Assembly: GCA_040954595.2 (NCBI GenBank)
Contig: CM082598.2
Span: 2,666,001-2,730,000, forward strand
From: Balanoglossus misakiensis
Lineage: Eukaryota > Animalia > Hemichordata
DNA: 64,000 nucleotides
Reading direction: 5' to 3'
In this document: one piece after another, positions 26,666 through 38,335 of the stretch
Layout of the letters: each line of letters starts with the position of its first letter
Position numbering within the stretch: the stretch's first letter is position 1
Translations under genes and position numbers: made by a program
Notes under the pieces: model-generated
What the model saw: the letters and a program-made list of their open reading frames with translations, nothing else
Database searches by the model: none
Told to the model about the DNA's origin: nothing

Positions 26666-29600
26666 ATGAAAGCTGGAAGGATGAGTGGTAAGTATATGTA
26701 CACAGCTTTACCACGTACGTTTTTCTTTTGATAAAAAGTTAACTGTCAGCTAACCGCATTAATGAATGGAAGCATTTAGTAGAGGTATCGTTGTGGGCGT
26801 TTTACTCAAACATGCAAGTAAATAAGGCTTTAAATTTCTGCTGGAAATGATTTGTTCCTACATTCAAGTGTGTCGTAAGCTATATGTACAATGTGTCTCT
26901 AAAATATATGGAAGTGAATCGTGCGTCCCTTCCATTTTGAGAGCGTGCCTGGTTTGTTTGAGACTGTGAACTCATTGAAACTCGTACTCCGACTAGGTCA
27001 ATACTCCCATTGTAACCCATGGGCCGTGCGTTCTTTCCGTTTTGTTGATCGTTCTTTCTGGGTCGAGCACAATTTGGTAGGTCAGTGGTCGGGGCCGGGC
27101 GATTCATAGGTATACAGGCTATAAGCTCCCCGACTGGGTCACTTTTCATTAGAGATTTACCCTAAATTAATAGAAATGTGGGTCTTTGCTTTTAAATATT
27201 GGTCATGCTCGCATGAAATCGTATGCGACAGTCACTATAACGCTTTACGGGTCAGTAAACATTCACCTTCACTCCACTAACCAACTTCCTTGACCTCTTG
27301 GTGACCATGACCCAGGGACTGTTGGTATCAGTTTACTACTACTTAATGTGCGACGTTTTTTTTGTTAAAAACCAAATTCCGCAGTTCCGTGGTTTCCAAG
27401 AAATATTGCTGAGTTAGATGCGTGCGTCGATCGTGTCCTGAATTATGGATCGGGACTGGATGCAAATCACCCGGTGAGTGTCAAAGTCATGTGATGAACG
27501 TGGTGATGAAAGAAAGCTAGAGTAGATGAAGACAACATCGAGGGCAGCATCTAGATATTTTATAATCATTTTTCGTGCATCCGGAAATACCGAGTGCTCT
27601 TCCTGTTGTTAAACTGAAGATGCGCCATCTGTAATGTCCGGGCTAATTCGGAGCGCCTGATCTCAGAAATTGTCTATCTATTTCATATTGCAATTGTTTC
27701 CACGAGAATCGCATGACACGTAAATAATATCCCCAGAGAAATAAAGACGAAACGTGCAGAAAATCCGGTCCTGTGACTGATCATTTAGCGCATACGTATG
27801 TTGCCATATCGGGAAACTACAGGCTCATATAGTTGTACCAAAACGCCCAGGTGGACAGGACTCCTAGATCCCTTTATAAATGAATCCAAATTTACATAAT
27901 GCAGAAATAGTAAAGACATCACAATATAACCCGGCAACACAAGAATTGTAATGATATATTGGCTTTTATGTCTTCGCGAGTCGCAGGGGTTTACCGATCT
28001 CGAATACAGAAGACGTCGCAACCAAATAGCCAGCACTGCGCTGAAGTACCGCTAGTAAGTTCTTGCGCATGCCCATTTCATAATCAGTATGTAATGCAAT
28101 GTAGCTTTATATAATTAAGATATTAGTTCGAAAACTTACCAAAATTTGTCCAGAAGATTATTGACTAGTAAAGCCTCGCACGTTTCAGCGGCGAACCCCT
28201 CCCGAAGGTAGAATACACCCAGGACGAAGTGGAAACGTGGGGAACCGTCTTCAGAAATGTAACCAGTCTTTACCCAACCCATGCCTGTCGGGAACACAAC
28301 GAGGGCATGCAACTCCTGGTGGAGGAGTGTGGTTTCAGACAGGATGAAGTACCACAGTTGGAGACGGTCTCCAGTTTTCTCAAAGGTTATTTTTGTTTCA
28401 AATTATAAAATATTAAAAGCATGGAGTCTGTCCATAATTTCGTGAAAATACAAACGTCATAGACTTCTTGAATGATATTTCTTCTAGTCCAATTGGCCTC
28501 CTTAGGAAGCTGACATGCATATTGACGTTACATTTATATTTACATTGTAGTTTGCATGCAAGTGTGAATATTGGAGATGCTTTTCAGCTCAAAATCACAG
28601 TCTTTTACATCAATCACTTTGGATGACACACAATTTCTCCTCTTACGAACACTCTTCATTGTGATCCTGCAGAACGTTGTGGCTTTACGCTTCGTCCCAC
28701 TGGCGGATTTTTGTCGCCACGTGAATTTCTTTCCGGATTAGCGTTCCGAGTCTACCACTGCACGCAGTATGTCAGGCACGGGGCGGAACCATCTTTCACA
28801 CCAGAACCGTAAGTTGCTTTCTGATTGGAAGACAAGGTCATCTACCTAAGGGCCTGGACAGAATGAAAAGCGGGGGTGGTGTTTTTCAAGCCTTGGATCG
28901 ACGAAAAATAGTGACCCTCTCCCAATTTGCACATTAACAATTATTGGTCACCAAACACGGTGTGCGGGCGTAGCCGTAGTACCGTCACAAGTGTTAGTCT
29001 CAAAAGTTAGCAACAGGAATAAAAAGTTAGCCCACCAACAACACCGGTCTTTGAGGTGACAGGTCTATGTATTTTAAGAGAGTGTCTCTACTTTATTCGC
29101 AGTGATGTCTGCCACGAACTGCTGGGTCACATGCCGCTCTTTGCCAATCCGACATTTGCCCAATTTTTCCAGGAAATCGGCCTCGCGTCACTCGGAGTCT
29201 CAGACGAATGGCTTGATAAACTTGTATCGGTGAGAAGACGGACATTTTTCTTCTTTTGGTTCTTCCATTGAACAGAACGTGCTATACTCGCAAAGGCTGT
29301 GTGCTCATAGTTGATATGATGATATTTTTACATCTGTTCAATACGTTGTTATATTATATACGTGTGGGGAGTCTTTTTGGCTGAGCAGTGTGAGAATATT
29401 GGAAAGGATTCACCTAGTTGGTTGAGATAGCTCCGTTCAAATTGCATGGTCTCTGACTAGTATTGCTAACATCTTTTCAGCTCTACTGGTTCACCTTAAA
29501 ATGTGGCTTGTGTCAAGAGAACGGAAAAATGAGAGCATATGGCGCAACGTTGCTATCGTCATCCAGGGAACTACAGGTAAGATGCAATGGTATGGTACGT

Positions 29601-30144
29601 TGTACAGACATATTACTATGGGTATCTGTATAACTTGAGATGTAATATGTAGGAAGAACGGTACCACACTATATAGTTCCCTGTGCTTTGACTTAGCTGG
29701 TCAGTCGATTGCAAGTTGAGTTCCAGGCATGCACGAAATTTGTCATCAGAAGAAGTACAACCATTTTTGTTTTTCTTCCCCAGTACTGTTTTTCAAGTGA
29801 GCCTGAAGTAAAACCACTAGACGTCGACATGGTAGTCGTTCAGCCCTACCCTATCACACGGATGCAACCAGTCTATTTTCTGGCAGATAGTTTTCAGGAT
29901 GCCGTGAGCCAACTAGCGTAAGTTTGGCGTTTGTTACCTCATTAATATGGAAAAGTGATTTTAGTGGTGGTTCTTTGGGGCACCCTCGGGTATTGGAACA
30001 GTTTTTACACTACGTTGATCTTTTCTTTTCCCTTTCATTCTGTTCGTTTTTCTTTTCAGGGCATTTTCTGCAGACATACCAAGACCTTTCACGGTTCGTT
30101 ATGATGCAATCACTGAAAGTATCGACGTCTGCGACCGAAAATAA
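26666..30144 (+). CDS. Biopterin-dependent aromatic amino acid hydroxylase homologue (PAH/TPH-like), catalytic domain only, ~317 aa, iron-ligand Glu replaced by Lys
   Basis: Exons 26666-26687 (putative; alternative ATG 26681), 27385-27473, 27987-28054, 28189-28385, 28673-28808, 29103-29229, 29481-29576, 29784-29917, 30060-30144. Internal sizes 89/68/197/136/127/96/134 match PAH/TPH exon sizes as recalled. Motifs [98 protein letters not shown] at 30264. Confidence 0.93.
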
Positions 30145-32169
30145 ACTAACAGCAAATTAATTAAAGATACCGTAAAATTGGCTAGATTAGTCAATACGAG
30201 AATTTGTGTTCGTGTGCTGGCTGTCACCACATCTCAGCTGCAGGTTATTTTTTTCCCGACCCCAATAAACTATAGTTTTATCACTGTCTATATGTTGTTG
30301 TATACTTAATTAAGTATATGATTATGATAAGCAGGCTGATATCAAACATCTGCGCATCTTTTCTGCGCGTCACAAACTGTCGTATATTTAATTGCACGAG
30401 CGACAATGGCTTCTCAAGGTTCGTGTACATCCCCGAGTTCTCTCCATCCCCCCGGATTGGAATTTGACGGTAAGCGAAAAGTATAGTAGTTATTAGTAAG
30501 TTGGAACAACTGTGGCTCAGTATTTAGACGTTATTTGACCAGTAGGTTGGCGTTTTTAGTCGACTTTGAGCTGTTCGTCAGTTCCGAAATCACAGACGCC
30601 AAACTCCATCAATCTACAAGATGTACTCTTCTTTTGACTACGGGACTGGTTACTACCTATAGCTGCAATAATTGTAGCCTTGGTACTGCTGTGTTCTGTG
30701 GACAAAATACTGAGGATTATAGTCACGTTTATTAGACTCTATAGACTACAGTCGTACAAATAAACACACGTTGGCGAGCGCGTTCTTAATATTAGGGACG
30801 CGTATTTCTATTTCCGCTTTCCATACAGTGGTTTTGTTTATATATGTGTGTTCGACTTCCGGTTTCCCACTCTTCCGTTGAAGCGCAGTTCTTTCAGTTG
30901 TAATTCACCTGTTTATAATAGCAAATGTGGTGCACATTGTGCAGATATTACTAGAACTTAAAAAAACCAGCAATAATATGAAAAGTTACAGCTATTTTAA
31001 GTGGTAGCCAGTGTTCACCTAGAGCATTCAAAAATAGTTGCACATTCACTCAGAGGGACAAGTCACTCTACCTTTGACCATATTTTTGGTTATTTGTTTG
31101 TTTCTTTTGATAGCATATTGTAGGACTATGACGTTCAGCTCTATTGCTTTGACAAGATTTCAGTCTCAATTCATACCCTGCATATGGATGTAACACATGA
31201 AGATATTGATCGAACATCTATATGTGTTACATCCATACACATTCATCACAATAGCATTCAGATGTTATGCCCATATACAGAGTTTGAGTTGATCTTTAAA
31301 TTCAACATTAATGTCTGCCTCTCAGGTTGTAAAAGAGCTGGCAGAATACTTTATTTTTGCTGGGCAATTCACAGTGTCAGTTTTCAGAGTGCAGTTAACA
31401 GGGACTGACCAATGCTCACAATTCAACTCACACTCTATATATAACACATACATGAACACATCATAAAAAATATCAATCTATCTGGATATTTACATGAAGC
31501 CATACATTGTTGCCGTATTTCAATACGTCCCAAAATATGCAGTACATGTACAATTTTAGAAATCATTAAATGAATGTGAAAAGTTGCTGGTCCACATCAT
31601 GGGTGGCAGTACTAATATTTGCCTGCAGCCACGTTAATGTGAATTTAGGAATAATAAGATATCAGTGTTTTCATGTGAACAATTTACTTGGAATAACAGT
31701 AATAAGAATATTTTTTTTCAATGACTAGTAACATGAGATTCATGATGATATTCATGTAGCTTTGTTTGAATTCACCTGTAGCCTTGGCAACAGAATGAAA
31801 CAGTTGTTGGAGCGAAGCCACCATATTTTGGAGTGAAGCTTAATAATTTCTCTAGCGCAAGACTCGCTCAGTGCTGTCTGTTCAAGAATGGAGGGCGACC
31901 TCAAGCGAGAAGTCTTCCTGTTCAATAAGCAAGCAGAGTTGGAAACCATGTAAGTTTTGAATCAGTCACCAAAATGTTTGCAGCAACCGGCAACTGTAGT
32001 CAAAGTGCTGTTGGTTCCTGCAATCAACCATGCTAACTGTCAGTGTGCTAAATACCAGTGAAAATAACTCCTTTAGGCTTTTTTCGGTCATTTTGGTAGC
32101 TAACAGTACCAGCAACTGTGAAACCCCCTGTAAAGCTGTCATCAACACCCAGGTCATGATAACTGATGA

Positions 32170-32348
32170 ATACAACCCTCTATCTGGCAAACCTGTCAAA
32201 ACCGAACCCTGTCTAATCTGGAAACCTGTCTATACCGAACACCATTTTCAGTCCCCTTCACATAAAAGAACCTATATAAACCAGACACCTCTGCAAACCG
32301 AACAATATTATCAGTCCTTTGGTGTCTAGTTTAGACAGGTTTTACTGT
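32170..32348. mobile_element. Tc1/mariner-type MITE remnant
   Basis: Internal aacctgtc/aaccgaac repeats and a terminus ttagacaggttttactg; related end at ~21812 (cagtcaaacctgtcta-like). Confidence 0.45.
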
Positions 32349-35300
32349 CCGTGTAATATCCTGCCAGAAATTCAAATCTGGTAATTTGAGATGACTTTTA
32401 ATCATGCAGATGCTTTTAGGCATAAATTATGAAACAGATACATGTCAGTGATGCAGCTTTTCTGTTATATTTCAAGGAACATGTTAAGGAAATGTGAAAT
32501 GTCAAAGTTGACCGACCAGTTGTGTTAATTGAAGAAGAAACAAAGAAGCACAAGGGTAATTATTTACATTGAGCTAATTACTAGAATTAATTTATCAACT
32601 AATTTACTGAACATTGCTGTTTGTGTTATGTGTATATAGGCTGTGATGATAAACTAAATACTAGGCCCCCTCTCCCTCTCTCTCCCTCCCTCTCACATAT
32701 AGGAAACTTTATAGTTTCTTTTCTTTTCAAGATTGTTGTCCTATCACATGTATTCTCATCACTTGCGTCATCTTTCGTTGCATGTACCTATATGAGATGG
32801 CATTTAATACCAGGATGATGAAACGACCATTTCTCGAATAAAAATGTCTTTAGGGAATCGGATTTTGGAGGTACCCGTTTCCCAGTAATTCAGTTTGGAG
32901 GAAACGAGTTGAACGTCCCCCGTCACGGACTAATTCATATTGCTTTTTTTTTCAGTGACGTCAAAGATAACTGCTCAATTGTCAGAAGAAGTCAGAGTAT
33001 GAACGTCTAGAAACAGATGCGTGCCTTGGATTCCCCATCACTGACAATACCACGCGCTTGTGACGTCAGGAGCAAAGATGCTACACCCAAACAAGAGTGG
33101 TCATGTGATTTCTGGCAGTGAATTGAGGAGTCAAGTCAAAGACGGGTGCCTTTGTTAAAGTCTGCATGGTGTCGAATTAATTGGAGTGCATGGTTGGAGC
33201 GCTGATGCAACGAACAGAGACGCTAACGTTATAAGTCAAGTGAGACAGACGGTCAGACAACTCTAAAGGCGGTTTCAACGATCTGCTTTTTCAGAATGGT
33301 AAGAAGCTTTGTTGTTCAAGTGTGTGTGTATGTGTGTGCTTGGGTTTTGAGTGTGTGGAGACACGCATCACTCAGCGGTTGCGTTTAAAGACAATTGAAA
33401 GAGGGTAAGCGTAAACATAGCGTGATGCAAATATAATTAGCGCGTAACAGGTGAATTAGTGAGCTTATGCGTTGACGGGCAAACACACCATATTTCTCAC
33501 GGTACTCGCGCAACTCAGGCACGCGATGAAATGTCGACATTTGAGTTCTTCTAGCGCCATTCCCCAGTGACCCAGTTCCTAGCATATTTTCAAGAGTCTA
33601 GAGTATCTTTGGCATCTCCGACCACCGTGAATATATTGGCAAAGGGTTAAAGGTCACGACAGAGGTGGGCTTGAGAAGTTGATCCTCTGAACTCGCCTGA
33701 CGATAAGCTTAGAATTGAGAGGAACTATCATCGGTGGAGACTACGATAAACGATGCCATCGCCGTTTCAAACTGACTTATCAATATTGAATTCATCATAT
33801 TAAATTCATCATTCGAAACGTCTTGGAAGACACTCGTAACCATGGACACCGGAGATAATTATCTCTGATGTGGGCAGTGATTTCAAAGCGTCCTACAATT
33901 TTCGCTTTCATCAAACAGTTGACATTTGAAACCGTTTTTCTTCGTGTGTATCATCAGTCACGAATGCATATTTTCAATTTTCAAGGCTCTCTGTATTGAG
34001 CAGTTGAAGGTGAAAAGCACTCGCAAAGCAGAATCAGTCAACGTCATTCAAAATCCTAACATAGAAAAAAAATCCTGTCCATAAAAATAATTTTTCAGTC
34101 ATATGGATAGGAATCCTTACTAGGTATAAATTATTGTGACACTCAAATTTAGCTAAGAATTGAAATGTTTTGAGGACTATTATTTTGTTGAAAGTTTGTC
34201 CGCGATGTGCATATAAACTTACAATCATATTGATGACTGTACTGTTAATGCAAAATTTAAACATCTTGAAGTTCGTGACATACTGTTGTTTCAGTTGTTG
34301 GTTAAGTCTGAGATGTTGCCGCCACTTCTTTAATATTTAAAACTGACAGGGTAAATTTAAGAATATATAAAGTAACAAGCCTAATCTAGGGATTAACCGA
34401 TGTACATTTGTATCTAATCGTCACTTAATCCGCTACTACAAGTGGAAAACGCTTTCCAAGGTTCATGTTTGTGATGTGCGAGTCTCAGGTTTACAATCTA
34501 GCTCTGGGTGAAAGCTTACGATCAGACGCGATGCGCCAAATTACAACCTATACCTTCCGGCGCAGGTACATTTAACATCAGTTTCCACAGTTCGGCTCGC
34601 TTTTATTGTCAGAATGGGCGATAAAAGTCAAAAGAAACCGCAGCGGCCGACACTGTTACTTTTGAAAGGAAGCGTGTAGGCAGCGCGGGGTTGCCATGGT
34701 TACCGATGATGTCCATCTAATCTATGGACGGTTTCAGGGTGAAACCCAGATGCAATTTGTTCCCCATTACAGCCAAAAACGCAGCTGTTCCCACGGTACA
34801 CCCGGAGTTCTTTGCCAACTGATGGGCAAATCGTACAAACACGTATATATTCAAGAGTCGAAACAAAGAGCCCACTTTGGAGACATGATTATTGCGTTAA
34901 GCTTGATATTAAATCGAACAACTGCGCCATTGAGAATTACCATACAAATAAACCCGCATTGTGAAGTTATTGTTGTTTCAAGACTCTACAAGCAAGCGTA
35001 TTGACAGAAAATGGAAACTACAGATACAAACGCGAAATGGTTTACTAGTAGTTATAGGATAGCTATCTGGAGACCCCTATCTGTATGGGTAGATGGCTTA
35101 TCGGGGAAAATTGTATATCGAAATTACTCTTTTTAGGCAACTGACAACTATGGAGTGATGTTTTCGATGGCCAATGGCATTCAGGTTTTACTTTTAAAAG
35201 AAAATCATTTCTCTACACAAAAAAACAGGTTGAACTTGGTAGTGACTGTGAAATAAATTCAGATGTCTCAATAAAGAAGCTGCCGACACCATAAAAACCC

Positions 35301-35607
35301 GTGCTTCCATAGCTAGAATACACCCACGCTGCTTTTGTCCTGTCCAAATCGTGTTTAATGCCACGGATTTGAGAATTCAGATTTGTCGGTTTAGCTTGTG
35401 GTGTGAATTCAGATGGTGCTCAGAAGCGATCAACAGTAACAATGCTTGCTGGCACCTTCTGGACATGATTGTTGTTGTACTGGTAAGCCCTGTATTCCAA
35501 CAGGATCTTAGAAGATGGACAGGACTGTTTCTTGATAGACACACAAAATAAATGTCAAATGTTACAGTCGCTGTTCATTTAACACACAATAAAGAGCAAA
35601 TCTCAAT

Positions 35608-35675
35608 GCCCATCTTTTGACAAGATTAATTTATGTCAGCCGCCCATCTTTTGACAAGATTAATTTATGTCAGCC
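35608..35675. repeat. 34-bp tandem duplication
   Basis: gcccatcttttgacaagattaatttatgtcagcc twice. Confidence 0.85.
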
Positions 35676-36600
35676 ATCTACAGGGAACTCGCAACAAAGC
35701 CGACAATATAGGGTGATCAAGTCCATCTGTATTGTAGGTCCCTTGACACAACCTGTCAGAAGTATCCACATCACTTTGGAAAATTGCAAAAATATAGAGA
35801 TAGATTTTGAAAGGATACTGACATAACAACATTGCTGAATGCCAAAATCGATGATGACATAAATAGCATGAGAAGCCACAAATGGAATGAATAAACTATG
35901 TCTAAACAAATTATTGTAAGGAAGCGACATACAAACACACCCCTTTTTTCTGTCAATTATTGATTCGTGGAGGTGTAGGCTATATACTGAAAAATGGGTT
36001 ATTTTCGCTACAGGAAAATTTCGCGATATGCTTTTGTTGTTGTTGTTGTGTTGTGGGCATGAAACTAGGGTGATTTTTTATAAGACGTTATAGCGTCACA
36101 AATATCGATTGCAGGGCCCTAGCCCCCAGGGTACATGTAGCAGTTTTACATTTATAACTAAGTATGCTCAGTGGGACTGTTAAATAGATACTACTAGTAT
36201 TACAAGCTTTTCACATTTAGAACTATACGTACATGTACTAGGAAATGGAAGTTTTGAAATTATTCCCTTTGTGGGAATGCCGTTTATTATAAACACACTT
36301 TTCGAAATCATTTGGGAATAAGAAGCTGCATTCTGCCCCAAGGAGGCGGGAATTTTCCAGAAGAACTAAGTATGTCTTTTAATAGAAGCGATATGACAAA
36401 AAATTCATGTTTTCACTTAATCCCAAGGCCTCACGCGAATCTCACTTCAACCAATTTGTATGACTGTGATCTATAATACTTTCTGCAGGCTTGTTCAACC
36501 TTTGGAAGTTTGTTATGACTAATAGCACTATATATTGCAGACCTGGAAACATAGGTTTCATTTCAAGACTTGCAAGGATATATGTTTGATAACTCGCAAC

Positions 36601-38335
36601 TATGGGGTGCCATGTGTTAACTTATTATTTAGCTAAATTATTTGTTCAAAAGTCGTTATTTAACATACTTATATGTATGTAATTATAGATTTGCAAACCA
36701 TTTAAGTCCTGACAATTTATTTATAAATAATTTCAAGTCGATTCAATTATATACATAAAATGTATTTTATGCTCTTTTATTTATATATAATTAATTATTT
36801 ATAAATAATAAAAATGTAAGTGTATTATATATATATCATGAGTGATGTACATAATTATTTATATTTAATTAATTATTTATAAATAAATTTTTTTTAAGTG
36901 TATTATATACATATCATGAGTGATTTATAAATAATTTAAGTGCAAGTCTATTATATATATATCATGAGTGATTTACATTATATAATGAATTATATATAAA
37001 TAAGTGATTTCTAAACCATGAAAAAATGCACTCGCGCCGTTTGTCAACTTATTATTTAGCGCAAACTCATTATTTAACGCAAACTCATTATTTAAGGCCT
37101 GTTCACACAACCCCTTGCATTTGGATCATTACGCACACATATAGTCCCCACACGTGAACAAGAAATGCACATTACGTGCGGTCATTTCATTTTTATTGTA
37201 CTCCTTTCAAAGGTTAGATGAAACACCGAAAAAGGTATCAACTAGTTAGTGATTTTAGCCCGTGATTGCAATGTTTGATTGAAACGCGAAAAGCTGATCG
37301 ATAGCTCTACATCGTGGTCTCCGAGGTCAAAGGTTGGCCGGTCATGGCGATACCATTATTAAAATAGGGGCCAGTCATCAAAACGGTGGCGTATGATTTT
37401 TTTAGGTAAGTTTCCAAATTAAAACGTAAGTGAGCCAAAAAACTACAGGTCAGATAAATTGTTTTCTCGTTAATTCAACATTAGAATCAAATTTGGCGTT
37501 GGAAACAAACGGCGGGTCGCCAGTTCCTGGTCTGGAGGCTGGTAGAGTCACGTCTTGAAGACTGGCCCCTATTTTAATAATGGCATTGTCATGACCGGCC
37601 AACCTTTGACCTCGGAGACCACAATGTAGAGCTATCGATCAGCTTTTCGCGTTTCAATCAAACATTGCAATCACGGGCTAAAATCACTAACTAGTTGATA
37701 CCTTTTTCGGTGTTTCATCTAACCTTTGAAAGGAGTATAATAAAAATGAAATGACCGCACGTAATGTGCATTTCTTGTTCACGTGTGGGGACTATATGTG
37801 TGCGTAATGATCCAAATGCAAGGGGTTGTGTGAACAGGCCTTAAATAATGAGTTTGCGTTAAATAATGAGTTTGCGCTAAATAATAAGTTGACAAACGGC
37901 GCGAGTGCATTTTTTCATGGTTTAGAAATCACTTATTTATATATAATTCATTATATAATGTAAATCACTCATGATATATATATAATAGACTTGCACTTAA
38001 ATTATTTATAAATCACTCATGATATGTATATAATACACTTAAAAAAAATTTATTTATAAATAATTAATTAAATATAAATAATTATGTACATCACTCATGA
38101 TATATATATAATACACTTACATTTTTATTATTTATAAATAATTAATTATATATAAATAAAAGAGCATAAAATACATTTTATGTATATAATTGAATCGACT
38201 TGAAATTATTTATAAATAAATTGTCAGGACTTAAATGGTTTGCAAATCTATAATTACATACATATAAGTATGTTAAATAACGACTTTTGAACAAATAATT
38301 TAGCTAAATAATAAGTTAACACATGGCACCCCATA
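36601..38335. mobile_element. Non-autonomous foldback DNA transposon, 1735 bp, ~785-bp inverted arms, 6-bp TSD
   Basis: 36601-37385 is the reverse complement of 37551-38335 with only a handful of mismatches; spacer ~165 bp. Termini TATGGGGTGCC...GGCACCCCATA; CGCAAC directly repeated at 36595-36600 and 38336-38341; AT-rich sub-repeats in the arms; no ORF. Confidence 0.93.

Noticed and set aside
26921-27109. [12 protein letters not shown] resembles the PAH ACT segment EEVGALAKVLRL
   Set aside because: No suitable splice sites in the expected phase and no following HIESRPS exon; likely chance, though a decayed relic cannot be excluded without an HMM search.
26666-30144. Calling the hydroxylase a pseudogene, or naming it PAH, TPH or TH
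   Set aside because: No frameshift, internal stop or broken splice site across 9 exons; diagnostic residues are mixed, so no symbol was assigned.
30145-30290. Frame stays open after the hydroxylase stop (possible readthrough restoring the helix)
   Set aside because: The downstream translation shows no convincing similarity to the tetramerization helix, and TAA-A is a poor readthrough context.
36601-38335. Palindrome as an assembly artefact
   Set aside because: A flanking 6-bp direct repeat, a unique spacer and arm mismatches argue for a real insertion.
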